Source of the DNA: Gemmatimonas sp.
GTDB taxonomy: Bacteria; Gemmatimonadota; Gemmatimonadetes; Gemmatimonadales; Gemmatimonadaceae
Direction: 5' to 3'
Assembly (NCBI GenBank): GCA_965279375.1
Contig: OZ257156.1
Coordinates: 5,056,001-5,120,000, forward strand
Length of the DNA stretch: 64,000 bases
Shown: positions 31,901 through 39,328 of the stretch, piece after piece
Layout of the letters: every line of letters starts with the position of its first letter
Numbering within the stretch: the stretch's first letter is position 1
Notes under the pieces: generated by a model
The model's database searches: none
What the model was told of the DNA's origin: nothing
The model's input: the letters and a program-made list of their open reading frames with translations, nothing else
Program-made: the position numbers and the translations under genes

Positions 31901-32381
31901 CTGGTGGAGTCTCTTTCGCACCGAAGCCGCACGACACGAGACACCACGTCTCGTCTGGGCCGACATCGGCAAACAACTGCGCACACGCATCCTCCTCGCC
32001 GGCGATCCCACGGTCCCGCTCAACTCCTGCTACGTCCTCCGCACACCAGCGGTCGACGACGCCTGGGCACTCAGCGCACTCCTCGCCTCACCAGTCTGCC
32101 AAGCCTGGCTCGACTGCCTCGCCGAACCCGCTCGCGGTGGATTCCGACGTTACCTCGGCTGGACAGTCGCCTCGCTCCCGCTGCCGCCCAACTGGCTTGC
32201 GACGCGCGCCCCCCTCGCCGCACTCGGCCGACGCCTCCACGACTCGCGGATAGGGACACACGACGGACCACCACACGTCTCCGCCGAAGAACTCGTGGAC
32301 GCCGCCGCCGACGCCTACGGCGTGCCCGTCTCATCGCTCCAACCACTCCTCGACTGGAACTCCCCGGAGCGCGACCCATGA
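28980..32381 (+). CDS. Large N6-adenine DNA methyltransferase (Eco57I/type IIG-like, TaqI-like C-terminal region)
   Basis: PFLNGGLF, DPEMLGRAFE, GSFYTP, LDPACGSGAF (motif I), FGVD, DLVIGNPPW (motif IV), LNSCY. Confidence 0.88.
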   Translation: MLTLHAAAKLLAHADSTSRLRPLARALGFPDPPHRTSADARRLIGLDALVEHADIARGPGALRLLCATLAPHTGLSTTTHTRELVRRLGVALLRNAPTRRWCILAIDVARTSVNIATVTPHSAGPRIAILRVDRTHVVDSDAETLRALAAVTDADDALRHARFTDILKRDALSNRFYHELQRTVTALATTATGAASRTERRELALLCASRCLFLAFLEAKGWLNGDRDFLLTHATTVLERGKSLHQQLLRPLFFGTLNTPRTHRAPAARSFGEIPFLNGGLFAPTALERKRHTLRFADDAVAALIGDLIDRYRFTAHEDSAAWSEAAVDPEMLGRAFECLMAPEERRRSGSFYTPPTLVDEVVREALDATLPDLPPHAISDEHSPLELDPQTREKLRTLRILDPACGSGAFLVHTLERIANLLHRAGDERPLHQLRRDTLTRSIFGVDRNPMAVWLCELRLWLSVVIECPETRAARVPPLPNLDHHIRVGDSLAGGDFRFAPHAPHKLAALRDRYSRASGLRKRTLATALDHEERARAIAESTQRLGAITRQRATLVASLRTKDLFGQRRTRTAHDTRQLLELRSRSRDVARQRLALSLGNALPFRFAAHFADVASIGGFDLVIGNPPWVRPHALPLTERQRLRSEFRTMHDAAWTAGAKRAGASSGFAAQADLAAAFIERGTQLLAPSGTLALLVPAKLWRALAGGGTRRFLAQHTRIVTVHDWSDAPPLFDAATYPSLLVAQRLASHSSDIQHSTAVDVDSRTSPSELTQLTTLQATNHRATPQPQYASTHRIHIAVSKRTRTHRFTTPAHQLTLAADPAAPWVLLPHHARLAFERLRLAGPALGDAGIGRPTLGVKCGFNKAFLVRAAEHDDDTASITADTRTTDTRTADTRTADARTALIERLLLRPVLRGDGIHTHTHARADVTDDLRIIWTHDATGTPLRTLPPAATRWLTHWRRTLESRRDARSRTPWWSLFRTEAARHETPRLVWADIGKQLRTRILLAGDPTVPLNSCYVLRTPAVDDAWALSALLASPVCQAWLDCLAEPARGGFRRYLGWTVASLPLPPNWLATRAPLAALGRRLHDSRIGTHDGPPHVSAEELVDAAADAYGVPVSSLQPLLDWNSPERDP
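31620..31683 (+). repeat. In-frame 15-bp tandem repeat (TADTR/TTDTR/TADTR/TADAR)
   Basis: accgccgacactcgc accaccgacacgcgc acagccgacacgcgc accgctgacgcgcgc. Confidence 0.85.
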
Positions 32382-34858
32382 CGCGACACTCCCCTGCGAC
32401 AGACAGCAAGTGGACCACAGGCGAGCTCCACGAAGTTCAACGCCTCATCGCCAACGCGCAAACACATCGCACGACACACACGTCCACGGCGACCCTCGGC
32501 GAGATCACTCTCCGCCCTCACCAGACACACGCCCTCACACGCATTCGAAAGATCATCCGCGAATTCCACGGAGCCCTCCTCGCCGACGAAGTCGGACTCG
32601 GCAAGACCTATGTCGCCCTCGCACTCGCCGCCGAATACGACCACACCGAGATCATCGCGCCCGCCCCGCTGCTCCCGATGTGGCGCAATGCCCTGCAACG
32701 CACCGGACTCGCCCGGCTCACCCTGCTGTCCATGCACGCCTTCTCTCGACGCGGTGCTGCACCTCCCTGCTCGACAGACATCGATGCACCGCTCCACTCG
32801 ACTCGCGACGTGATGAAGGCGGCCGCGCGCCGACTCGTCATCATCGACGAAGCACATCACCTCCGCACCCCCAACACACAACGCTATCGCGCCATCGCGG
32901 ACCTCGTCGCCGGCAAAGACCTGCTCCTCCTCTCCGCCACACCCATTCACAACACCGCACACGACCTCAGACATCTGCTCGCACTCTTCGCGGGCTCTCG
33001 CTCGGACCTCCTCTCACCGACGATCCTCGCACAAGTCGTCGTTCGCTCGTCGACAGCACTCACAAGCACCGCCTCCACACCGCGCGTTCGCGAACACCCA
33101 GCCATTCGTGTCCCGCACGACCGCGCCACGCTCGACCAGATCCTGGCCCTCCCCGCCCCGCTCCCCGCACGCGACGGGGCCGTCGCCGGCGCCCTCATTC
33201 GACTCGGCCTCCTTCGCGCCTGGTGCTCCAGCGACGCCGCGCTCGCCAACCTGCTGCGCCGCCGTCTGCTTCGTGGCGATGCCCTCCGCGAAGCACTCCG
33301 CGCCGGACGACACCCCACCCACGCCGAACTCCGCACCTGGATCGTCGGCGATCACGAAGTCCAACTCGCCTTCCCCGAGCTCCTCACCACACACAGCACC
33401 CACAGCGAACCACTGCTGGCCGTGCTCGAAACTCACCTCGGCGCACTGCAATCACTCCTCGAACGCGTGCAGCGCACAGCCGTTGGTGACTCCGCGCGCG
33501 TACACGCGCTTCGCGACATCCTCGCAGATCACCCCAACACGCCCATCATCGCCTTCTCGCAGTTCACACACACGGTGCACGCGCTCTATCGCGCCCTCTC
33601 CGACATCGCCGGCGTCGGCGCGCTCACCGGAATGCACGCACGCATCGCCAGTGGACGCATCTCGCGCAGCGATGCCATCGCGCGCTTCGCCCCGGTTGCG
33701 CAGAACCGCCCTCCGCCCCCACCGCACCAAGCCATCCGACTGCTGCTCGCCACCGACCTGCTCGCCGAAGGCGTCAACCTCCAGGACGCAGGCGTCGTGG
33801 TCCACCTCGACCTCCCATGGACCGACGCCCTCACGCACCAACGCATCGGTCGGCTCGCTCCCATCGGTAGCCCACACCCGCTCATTCACGTCTATCGCAT
33901 CGCGCCACCGACGGCCGGTAATCGCGCACTCCGCCTCACGCAACGACTCCTGCACAAGGAGTCACTCGCTCACCAGCTCGTGGGAGCGCGCCTCGATCCC
34001 TCGGCACCCACACCACACCGCCTCCCTCACAGCCGCTCGGCGTTTCACGCGCAAAAGCCACCGCTCCGCACCAAGCACCCAAGTGCCGCTGACGCCGCGG
34101 CCGCACTCCACGACGTGCTCCGAACGTGGGCATCGCCACTGCACACTCCCGCCAAGCATGCGGAGACCAACGCTACAGCGATCGACCAATCGCCAACGCT
34201 CGTCGCGAGCGTCCCCGCTCGATGCGCTGGTTGGATCGCGCGTATCCATCGACACGGCGACACCGAAGTCATCACACACCTGCGCCGCACCGGCGCGAAT
34301 GACCTGCTGTTGTGGAAGGCGCTCTGCTCGCTGCACCCGCCCAATCCATCCCCACCATCCCCAGCGGCCCACAATCCATCCGCGCCGACGTCGTCTGCAG
34401 TGCAGAGGGCACTCGGCCAACTGCAACGCTTTCTCCGCGATCGCGAAACGTTGCATCTCGTCAGCGATCTGTCCGCTGGCATCACGCGCGACGCGTCACC
34501 GGCGCAGCTCGCCGCACGCACCTTACTGTCCGTCGTCACCTCTCGACTGCGTCCGCTGCAGCGGCGCATGCTCGCTGAGCCACTGCGCGACGCCAATGCG
34601 CTGATCGACCGCTGCATCGGCGTCGGCGCGGAGCGGGCGTTGGCGGACTGGATCGCATCGGCGCCTGCCGAAATCGGCGAGCTGCCTCGCTGGCTCGGAT
34701 CTTGGCGCAGTTCGCCCGTCCTGCGACGCATCGCGCCGCCGACGGGGAGGTACGGAGAATCGCCACCCGCTGACGGCGTCGTCAGAACGGATGATCCCGT
34801 CCGCGTGTCGGCCCTGCTGCTGCTGCGCCCCCTCTCCGGGCGGCGCCGAGTACGCTGA
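32378..34858 (+). CDS. SNF2-like SF2 helicase/ATPase
   Basis: LRPHQ, LLADEVGLGKT, IIDEAHH, LSATP, ATDLLAEGVNLQ, DLPW, QRIGR; ATGA overlap with the methyltransferase. Confidence 0.88.
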   Translation: MTRHSPATDSKWTTGELHEVQRLIANAQTHRTTHTSTATLGEITLRPHQTHALTRIRKIIREFHGALLADEVGLGKTYVALALAAEYDHTEIIAPAPLLPMWRNALQRTGLARLTLLSMHAFSRRGAAPPCSTDIDAPLHSTRDVMKAAARRLVIIDEAHHLRTPNTQRYRAIADLVAGKDLLLLSATPIHNTAHDLRHLLALFAGSRSDLLSPTILAQVVVRSSTALTSTASTPRVREHPAIRVPHDRATLDQILALPAPLPARDGAVAGALIRLGLLRAWCSSDAALANLLRRRLLRGDALREALRAGRHPTHAELRTWIVGDHEVQLAFPELLTTHSTHSEPLLAVLETHLGALQSLLERVQRTAVGDSARVHALRDILADHPNTPIIAFSQFTHTVHALYRALSDIAGVGALTGMHARIASGRISRSDAIARFAPVAQNRPPPPPHQAIRLLLATDLLAEGVNLQDAGVVVHLDLPWTDALTHQRIGRLAPIGSPHPLIHVYRIAPPTAGNRALRLTQRLLHKESLAHQLVGARLDPSAPTPHRLPHSRSAFHAQKPPLRTKHPSAADAAAALHDVLRTWASPLHTPAKHAETNATAIDQSPTLVASVPARCAGWIARIHRHGDTEVITHLRRTGANDLLLWKALCSLHPPNPSPPSPAAHNPSAPTSSAVQRALGQLQRFLRDRETLHLVSDLSAGITRDASPAQLAARTLLSVVTSRLRPLQRRMLAEPLRDANALIDRCIGVGAERALADWIASAPAEIGELPRWLGSWRSSPVLRRIAPPTGRYGESPPADGVVRTDDPVRVSALLLLRPLSGRRRVR

Positions 34859-34927
34859 TCGGAGAACGCTGATCGGAGAACGCTGATCGGAGAACGCTGA
34901 TCGGAGAACGCTGATCGGAGGCGCTGA
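34852..34927 (+). repeat. 14-bp tandem repeat (ACGCTGATCGGAGA) x5 plus a partial copy
   Basis: Four perfect copies, a fifth with one mismatch, then CGCTGA; the first copy contains the helicase stop codon. Confidence 0.95.
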
Positions 34928-34967
34928 GTCGACGTGCCGTAGACGAAGGCGGTCGTTATGCTCCGGG

Positions 34968-35633
34968 ATGACACGAATCGCCTTGTTGTTCGACCTCGAC
35001 GGTACGCTGATCGACTCGATCGGGCTTCTACTCGAATGCGCGGAGTTCGCCTTCGAAGGACGCAATCCGGCCCCAACCCGCGAGCAGTGGGTCGCCGGCA
35101 TCGGCACGCCGCTGCGCACCCAGCTCGCCGAATGGGCAGTCGACGACGCCGACGCTGACGCGTTGGTCGCGAAGTACCGCGAGTACCAGGACCGCCACCT
35201 CGAGCGGCTCACCACGCCGTATCCCGGCGCGCTCGACGTGCTCGCGTGGGCGCGTGCCGCCGGCCACGCCACCGGCCTCGTCACCAGCAAGGGCCGCATC
35301 ATGACGACCCGCTCGTTGGCCCACGTCGGGCTGGCCGATGCCTTCGACACGGTCGTGACCTACGAGGAGACCACGCGCCACAAGCCGTTGGCCGATCCGG
35401 TACTGCTCGCCCTCGACCGGCTGGGCATTCCTGTCGAGCGCGCCCTCTTCGTGGGCGACTCACCGCACGACATGTTCTCGGGACGCGCCGCGGGAACCCG
35501 CACCGCCGCCGCCACCTGGGGGCCTTTCACCCGAGAGGAACTCGCCCCCGCGCAGCCGACCATCTGGCTGGGCAGCCTCGGGGAGCTCCCCGGAGCTCTC
35601 GCGGAACTGGACTTCAAACCCTTTGTTGGGTGA
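34968..35633 (+). CDS. HAD-family hydrolase (PpaX/Gph-like)
   Basis: LFDLDGTLIDS, VTSK, HKP, FVGDSPHD. Confidence 0.9.
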   Translation: MTRIALLFDLDGTLIDSIGLLLECAEFAFEGRNPAPTREQWVAGIGTPLRTQLAEWAVDDADADALVAKYREYQDRHLERLTTPYPGALDVLAWARAAGHATGLVTSKGRIMTTRSLAHVGLADAFDTVVTYEETTRHKPLADPVLLALDRLGIPVERALFVGDSPHDMFSGRAAGTRTAAATWGPFTREELAPAQPTIWLGSLGELPGALAELDFKPFVG

Positions 35634-35669
35634 GCCGGTCCAACCCGGTGCACTCTCCACTGGGTCCTC

Positions 35670-36263
35670 ATGCTCGCGCTCCTCGTGACGTCACCTGTCG
35701 CTCCCAACCGCTCGATGTCAGCTCCGGTATCGGCCACTGTGCCGGCCCCGCTGCCGCCTGACGTCGCCGCGGCAGCCAGCGGCGATCGCGGGGCCTTCGA
35801 GCGGCTCTATCGGGAACACGTGGAGCGTGTGTTTTCGCTCGGGGTTCGCATGCTCGGCGATCGGATGCTGGCCGAAGAAGTCACGCAGGATGTGTTCGTG
35901 CGCGTCTGGCAGAAGCTGCCGGGGTTTCGCGGCGAATCCGCGTTCGCCACGTGGCTGCATCGGGTGGCGGTCAACGTCATCCTGACGCGTCGAAAGACCG
36001 CAGCAGGACGCATCGACCGCACGACAGACGACGACAGCGCGATCGACCTCGCGCCCACGCGGTCGGTCTCCGTCGGCGATCGGCTCGACCTCGAATCCGC
36101 CATCGCCTCGCTTCCGCGTGGTGCGCGACAGGTCTTCGTCCTGCACGACGTCGAAGGCTTTACGCACGAGGAGATCGGCGAGCAGATGGGCATCACTTCC
36201 GGTGGGAGCAAGGCGCAGCTGCATCGCGCCCGCATGCTCCTCCGCACGGCACTCTCGCGATGA
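35670..36263 (+). CDS. ECF sigma factor (start may be 35715)
   Basis: AFERLY, AEEVTQDVF, F.TWLHRVAVN, region 4 LP...RQVFVLHDVEGFTHEEI...SKAQLHRAR. Confidence 0.92.
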   Translation: MLALLVTSPVAPNRSMSAPVSATVPAPLPPDVAAAASGDRGAFERLYREHVERVFSLGVRMLGDRMLAEEVTQDVFVRVWQKLPGFRGESAFATWLHRVAVNVILTRRKTAAGRIDRTTDDDSAIDLAPTRSVSVGDRLDLESAIASLPRGARQVFVLHDVEGFTHEEIGEQMGITSGGSKAQLHRARMLLRTALSR

Positions 36264-36309
36264 CGACGATCCGCCGCCACCGCTGCTGCACCCTTGTTCC
36301 GGCCTCTCT

Positions 36310-37098
36310 ATGACCGAACTCAACGCACCCCCACAGCACACCGCGGACGACTGCCAGCGCTTCGAGCTCGAGCTGTCGGACTTTCTCGAAGGCACGCTCG
36401 CGCCGACGCAGCGCGACGCATTCGACGCGCACCGCCGCCGCTGTGCCGCCTGCGATGCACTGGTAAACGACCTCGAAGCGCTGGTGGTGAATGCGCGCGC
36501 GCTGCCGCCGCTCACACCGTCGCACGATCTCTGGAGCGGAATCGCCAAGCGTCTCGACACAGACGTCACACCGCTCCCACTCCGTACCACAGCCACCACC
36601 ACGACATCGGTCGCGCAGCGCTCCTTCTCCGTCCGCACACTCGCCATCGCCGCGGCGTTGCTCGTCGCGGTGACGTCGGGCGTGACCTGGCGTCTGGCGC
36701 GCGTGCAGCGCACACCCGGTCTGCGCACCAACACACTCGCAACGACACCCACGACGGTGCCGGCCGAGAACGCGATCCGCGCCGAGGATACGGTGAGCGC
36801 ACCGCCCGTGGTGGACGCGCCTGTGCCGACGCGTCTCGTGGCGAGCTCGCCTGCTGAAGTGGACGACATCTACGAGCGTGAGATCTCGGCACTCCGCACC
36901 GTGGTGGACGAACGCTTCACCGAACTCGACTCCGCCACCGTCGTCGCGCTGAGGCGCAACCTCGCCATCATCGACGCCGCCATCGCGGATAGCCGTCGCG
37001 CGCTGCGGCGCGACCCGCGCAGTCGGTTGCTCAGTTCGCAGCTCGACCGCGCCATTGAAACCAAGCTCGCGCTGATGCGGCGCGTGGCCTTGCTGTGA
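36310..37098 (+). CDS. Zinc-finger (zf-HC2) membrane anti-sigma factor
   Basis: HRRRCAAC (HxxxCxxC), single TM, directly downstream of the ECF sigma. Confidence 0.85.
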   Translation: MTELNAPPQHTADDCQRFELELSDFLEGTLAPTQRDAFDAHRRRCAACDALVNDLEALVVNARALPPLTPSHDLWSGIAKRLDTDVTPLPLRTTATTTTSVAQRSFSVRTLAIAAALLVAVTSGVTWRLARVQRTPGLRTNTLATTPTTVPAENAIRAEDTVSAPPVVDAPVPTRLVASSPAEVDDIYEREISALRTVVDERFTELDSATVVALRRNLAIIDAAIADSRRALRRDPRSRLLSSQLDRAIETKLALMRRVALL

Positions 37099-37106
37099 TC
37101 GTCAAC

Positions 37107-38024
37107 ATGCGTCGATTCGTCTTCACCCTCGTCGGCCTGCTTGCCGTATCGATGCCAGCGCGCGCGCACGCGCAGGCCGCCGACACCTCCTTCTCGCTGC
37201 CACGCAACGCCGTCGTGGACATCACGCTTCGCAGTCGCGATCTGATCGTGCGCGGCACGGACCGGAGCGCTGCGGAACTGCGCGGAGGCGACGATCGCTA
37301 CAGCATCCGGGCGTCGGGCGTCGGCGTCATCATCGAACCGCGTGACGAACGCTCCCGATCGCGAGCCCGCGGTCGCGACAACAGCGACGGTGCACTCGAG
37401 CTCTTGGTGCCGCGCGGGGTGCGCGTCGTCATCTCCGCCGGCACCGCCGACGTTACCGTCGACGACATCGCGGGTGATGTCGAGGTGCATTCACTGAGCG
37501 GCGACGTCGAGCTGCGCGCGATCGGTGGCCGAGCGATTGTGGAAACGCTCTCGGGGGAGGTGCGCCTGTCCGAGGGAGCCAACGGCGCGCGCGTCACCAC
37601 GATGAGCGGTGACATCACGCTCGGCGGCGTTCGCGGCACGGCGGACCTGCACACCACCAGCGGTGACGTCTCACTCGGAGTCGTGCGCGCCACGCAAGTG
37701 CAGATCGAGACCGTCAGCGGCGAGATTGATCTCGATGGCGACCTGGCCGACGGCGCGCGCGTGCAGCTCACGTCGCACTCGGGTGACGTGTCGGTGCGCA
37801 TCCCCGAGAGCGCGCATGGCGTGATGGAGATGTCCACGTTCAGCGGCGATCTCTCCGCCAATCGCCCGCTCTCGATGATGGCCGGCACGGCGCTGTCCGG
37901 CAATCGGAGTGAGCGCGGAACGAAGCGCTACGAGTTCGGTGGCGGTGGTACCACGCGCGTGATCATCACCACGTTCAACGGGGACGTGCAGTTCGACCGC
38001 AGCGGCGCGCGCTCTCCAGACTAG
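37107..38024 (+). CDS. DUF4097 (adhesin-like beta-repeat) secreted protein
   Basis: Signal peptide; repeated T.SGD(V/I) units. Confidence 0.85.
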   Translation: MRRFVFTLVGLLAVSMPARAHAQAADTSFSLPRNAVVDITLRSRDLIVRGTDRSAAELRGGDDRYSIRASGVGVIIEPRDERSRSRARGRDNSDGALELLVPRGVRVVISAGTADVTVDDIAGDVEVHSLSGDVELRAIGGRAIVETLSGEVRLSEGANGARVTTMSGDITLGGVRGTADLHTTSGDVSLGVVRATQVQIETVSGEIDLDGDLADGARVQLTSHSGDVSVRIPESAHGVMEMSTFSGDLSANRPLSMMAGTALSGNRSERGTKRYEFGGGGTTRVIITTFNGDVQFDRSGARSPD

Positions 38025-38069
38025 CATCTCGACCGACCCGCACCGCTACCACTCACCTTCGAGCGTCTC

Positions 38070-38921
38070 ATGACTCTTGCATCGATCACGGCCCGCTTCA
38101 CTCCCCGTATGACATCGCGCGCACTCTGTGCGGCGCTCGCTCTGCTCGCTGCGACCGCGCCGGCGAGCGCGTCGGCGCAGGACCGCGACCAGAAGCGCGA
38201 CAACGCGTTCACCTGGACCGGGACGGTCGCCTCCGGCAAGCGCATCCTCGTCAAGAACATCAACGGCGCCATTCACGTGGAGCACAGCTCGAGCGGACGC
38301 GTGGAAGTCACGGCGGAAAAATCGTGGCGGCGCGGCAACCCCGAAGACGTGCGCATCGTGCAGCGACAGACAGACGGCAACGACATCCTCGTCTGTGCGC
38401 TCTGGAACGAAGAGAGTCGTTGCGATGAAAACGGGATTCACACCGAGCGGAAGTCCCGCTGGAACGATCGCAACGACGTGTCGGTGCGTTTCGTCGTGCG
38501 GGTGCCTGATGGTGTGCGCGTTGACATCTCCACCGTCAACGGCGGACTCGAAGTCAGCGGCGTCACCACCGACGTCCGCGCGTCCACCGTCAACGGCAGC
38601 ATCGACGCACAGAGCGCAGGCGGTCCCGTCCGCGCGACGACGGTCAACGGTAGCATTCGCGTCGCGATGGGCTCACTCGGCAGCGCCGACGATCTCGAAT
38701 ACGAAACCGTCAATGGCTCCGTCACCATCGAACTGCCCGACAACTTCGGGGCCCAGCTCGATCTCTCCACGGTCAACGGACGCGTGTCCACCAGCTTTCC
38801 CGTCACCATCTCGGGCACCGTGTCGCCTCGCCGACTTCGCGCCACGGTTGGCAACGGCAGCACCCGACTGCGCGCCAGCACGGTCAACGGCAGCATCACG
38901 CTGCGTCGCGGGGACCGATAG
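38070..38921 (+). CDS. DUF4097 (adhesin-like beta-repeat) secreted protein
   Basis: Signal peptide; repeated STVNG(S/G)I units. Confidence 0.85.
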   Translation: MTLASITARFTPRMTSRALCAALALLAATAPASASAQDRDQKRDNAFTWTGTVASGKRILVKNINGAIHVEHSSSGRVEVTAEKSWRRGNPEDVRIVQRQTDGNDILVCALWNEESRCDENGIHTERKSRWNDRNDVSVRFVVRVPDGVRVDISTVNGGLEVSGVTTDVRASTVNGSIDAQSAGGPVRATTVNGSIRVAMGSLGSADDLEYETVNGSVTIELPDNFGAQLDLSTVNGRVSTSFPVTISGTVSPRRLRATVGNGSTRLRASTVNGSITLRRGDR

Positions 38922-38931
38922 CCGCACAACG

Positions 38932-39216
38932 CTACGTCGCGGCCAGCGCCTCGATCGCCTTCGCCAGTTCGAAATCCTTCACGGTGATGCCGCCTGCGTC
39001 GTGCGTGCTCAGGACGAAATTCACCTTGGTGTAGCGGATATCGATGTCGGGATGGTGCGCCATCTCCTCCGCGATATCCGCCACCTTGCCGATGAACGCG
39101 ATCCCATCGGAGAACGTCGCGAAGTGATAGCTCTTCTGGAGCGTATCGCCCTTGCGCGACCAGCCAGGCAACGCGCCAAGCCCCCGCTGTATTTCGATGT
39201 CGGAGAGGGGAGTCAT
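38932..39216 (-). CDS. phhB: Pterin-4a-carbinolamine dehydratase
   Basis: AEEMAHHPDI, LSTHDAGGITVKDFELA. Confidence 0.88.
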   Translation of the reverse strand: MTPLSDIEIQRGLGALPGWSRKGDTLQKSYHFATFSDGIAFIGKVADIAEEMAHHPDIDIRYTKVNFVLSTHDAGGITVKDFELAKAIEALAAT

Positions 39217-39328
39217 ATGCCGCATAGGTTAGAGCGTCCAGACGGCGATGACAATGCGTGCGACCAAACCAGAACGAACTCGTGCCGGATTCGTCGTCCT
39301 TTCGGGAATCCGCTGCGCACGCATCGGC

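Noticed and set aside
29401..32253. 950-aa alternative-frame ORF over the methyltransferase
   Set aside because: Ser/Pro/Thr/Ala low-complexity product with no motifs; stop codons are scarce because of the local C/A skew
34852..34927. Possible CRISPR array
   Set aside because: Contiguous 14-bp units with no spacers and no cas genes
35636..35668. Autoregulatory ECF promoter (CAACC...GGGTC)
   Set aside because: Plausible, but a single short match with no second instance found to support it
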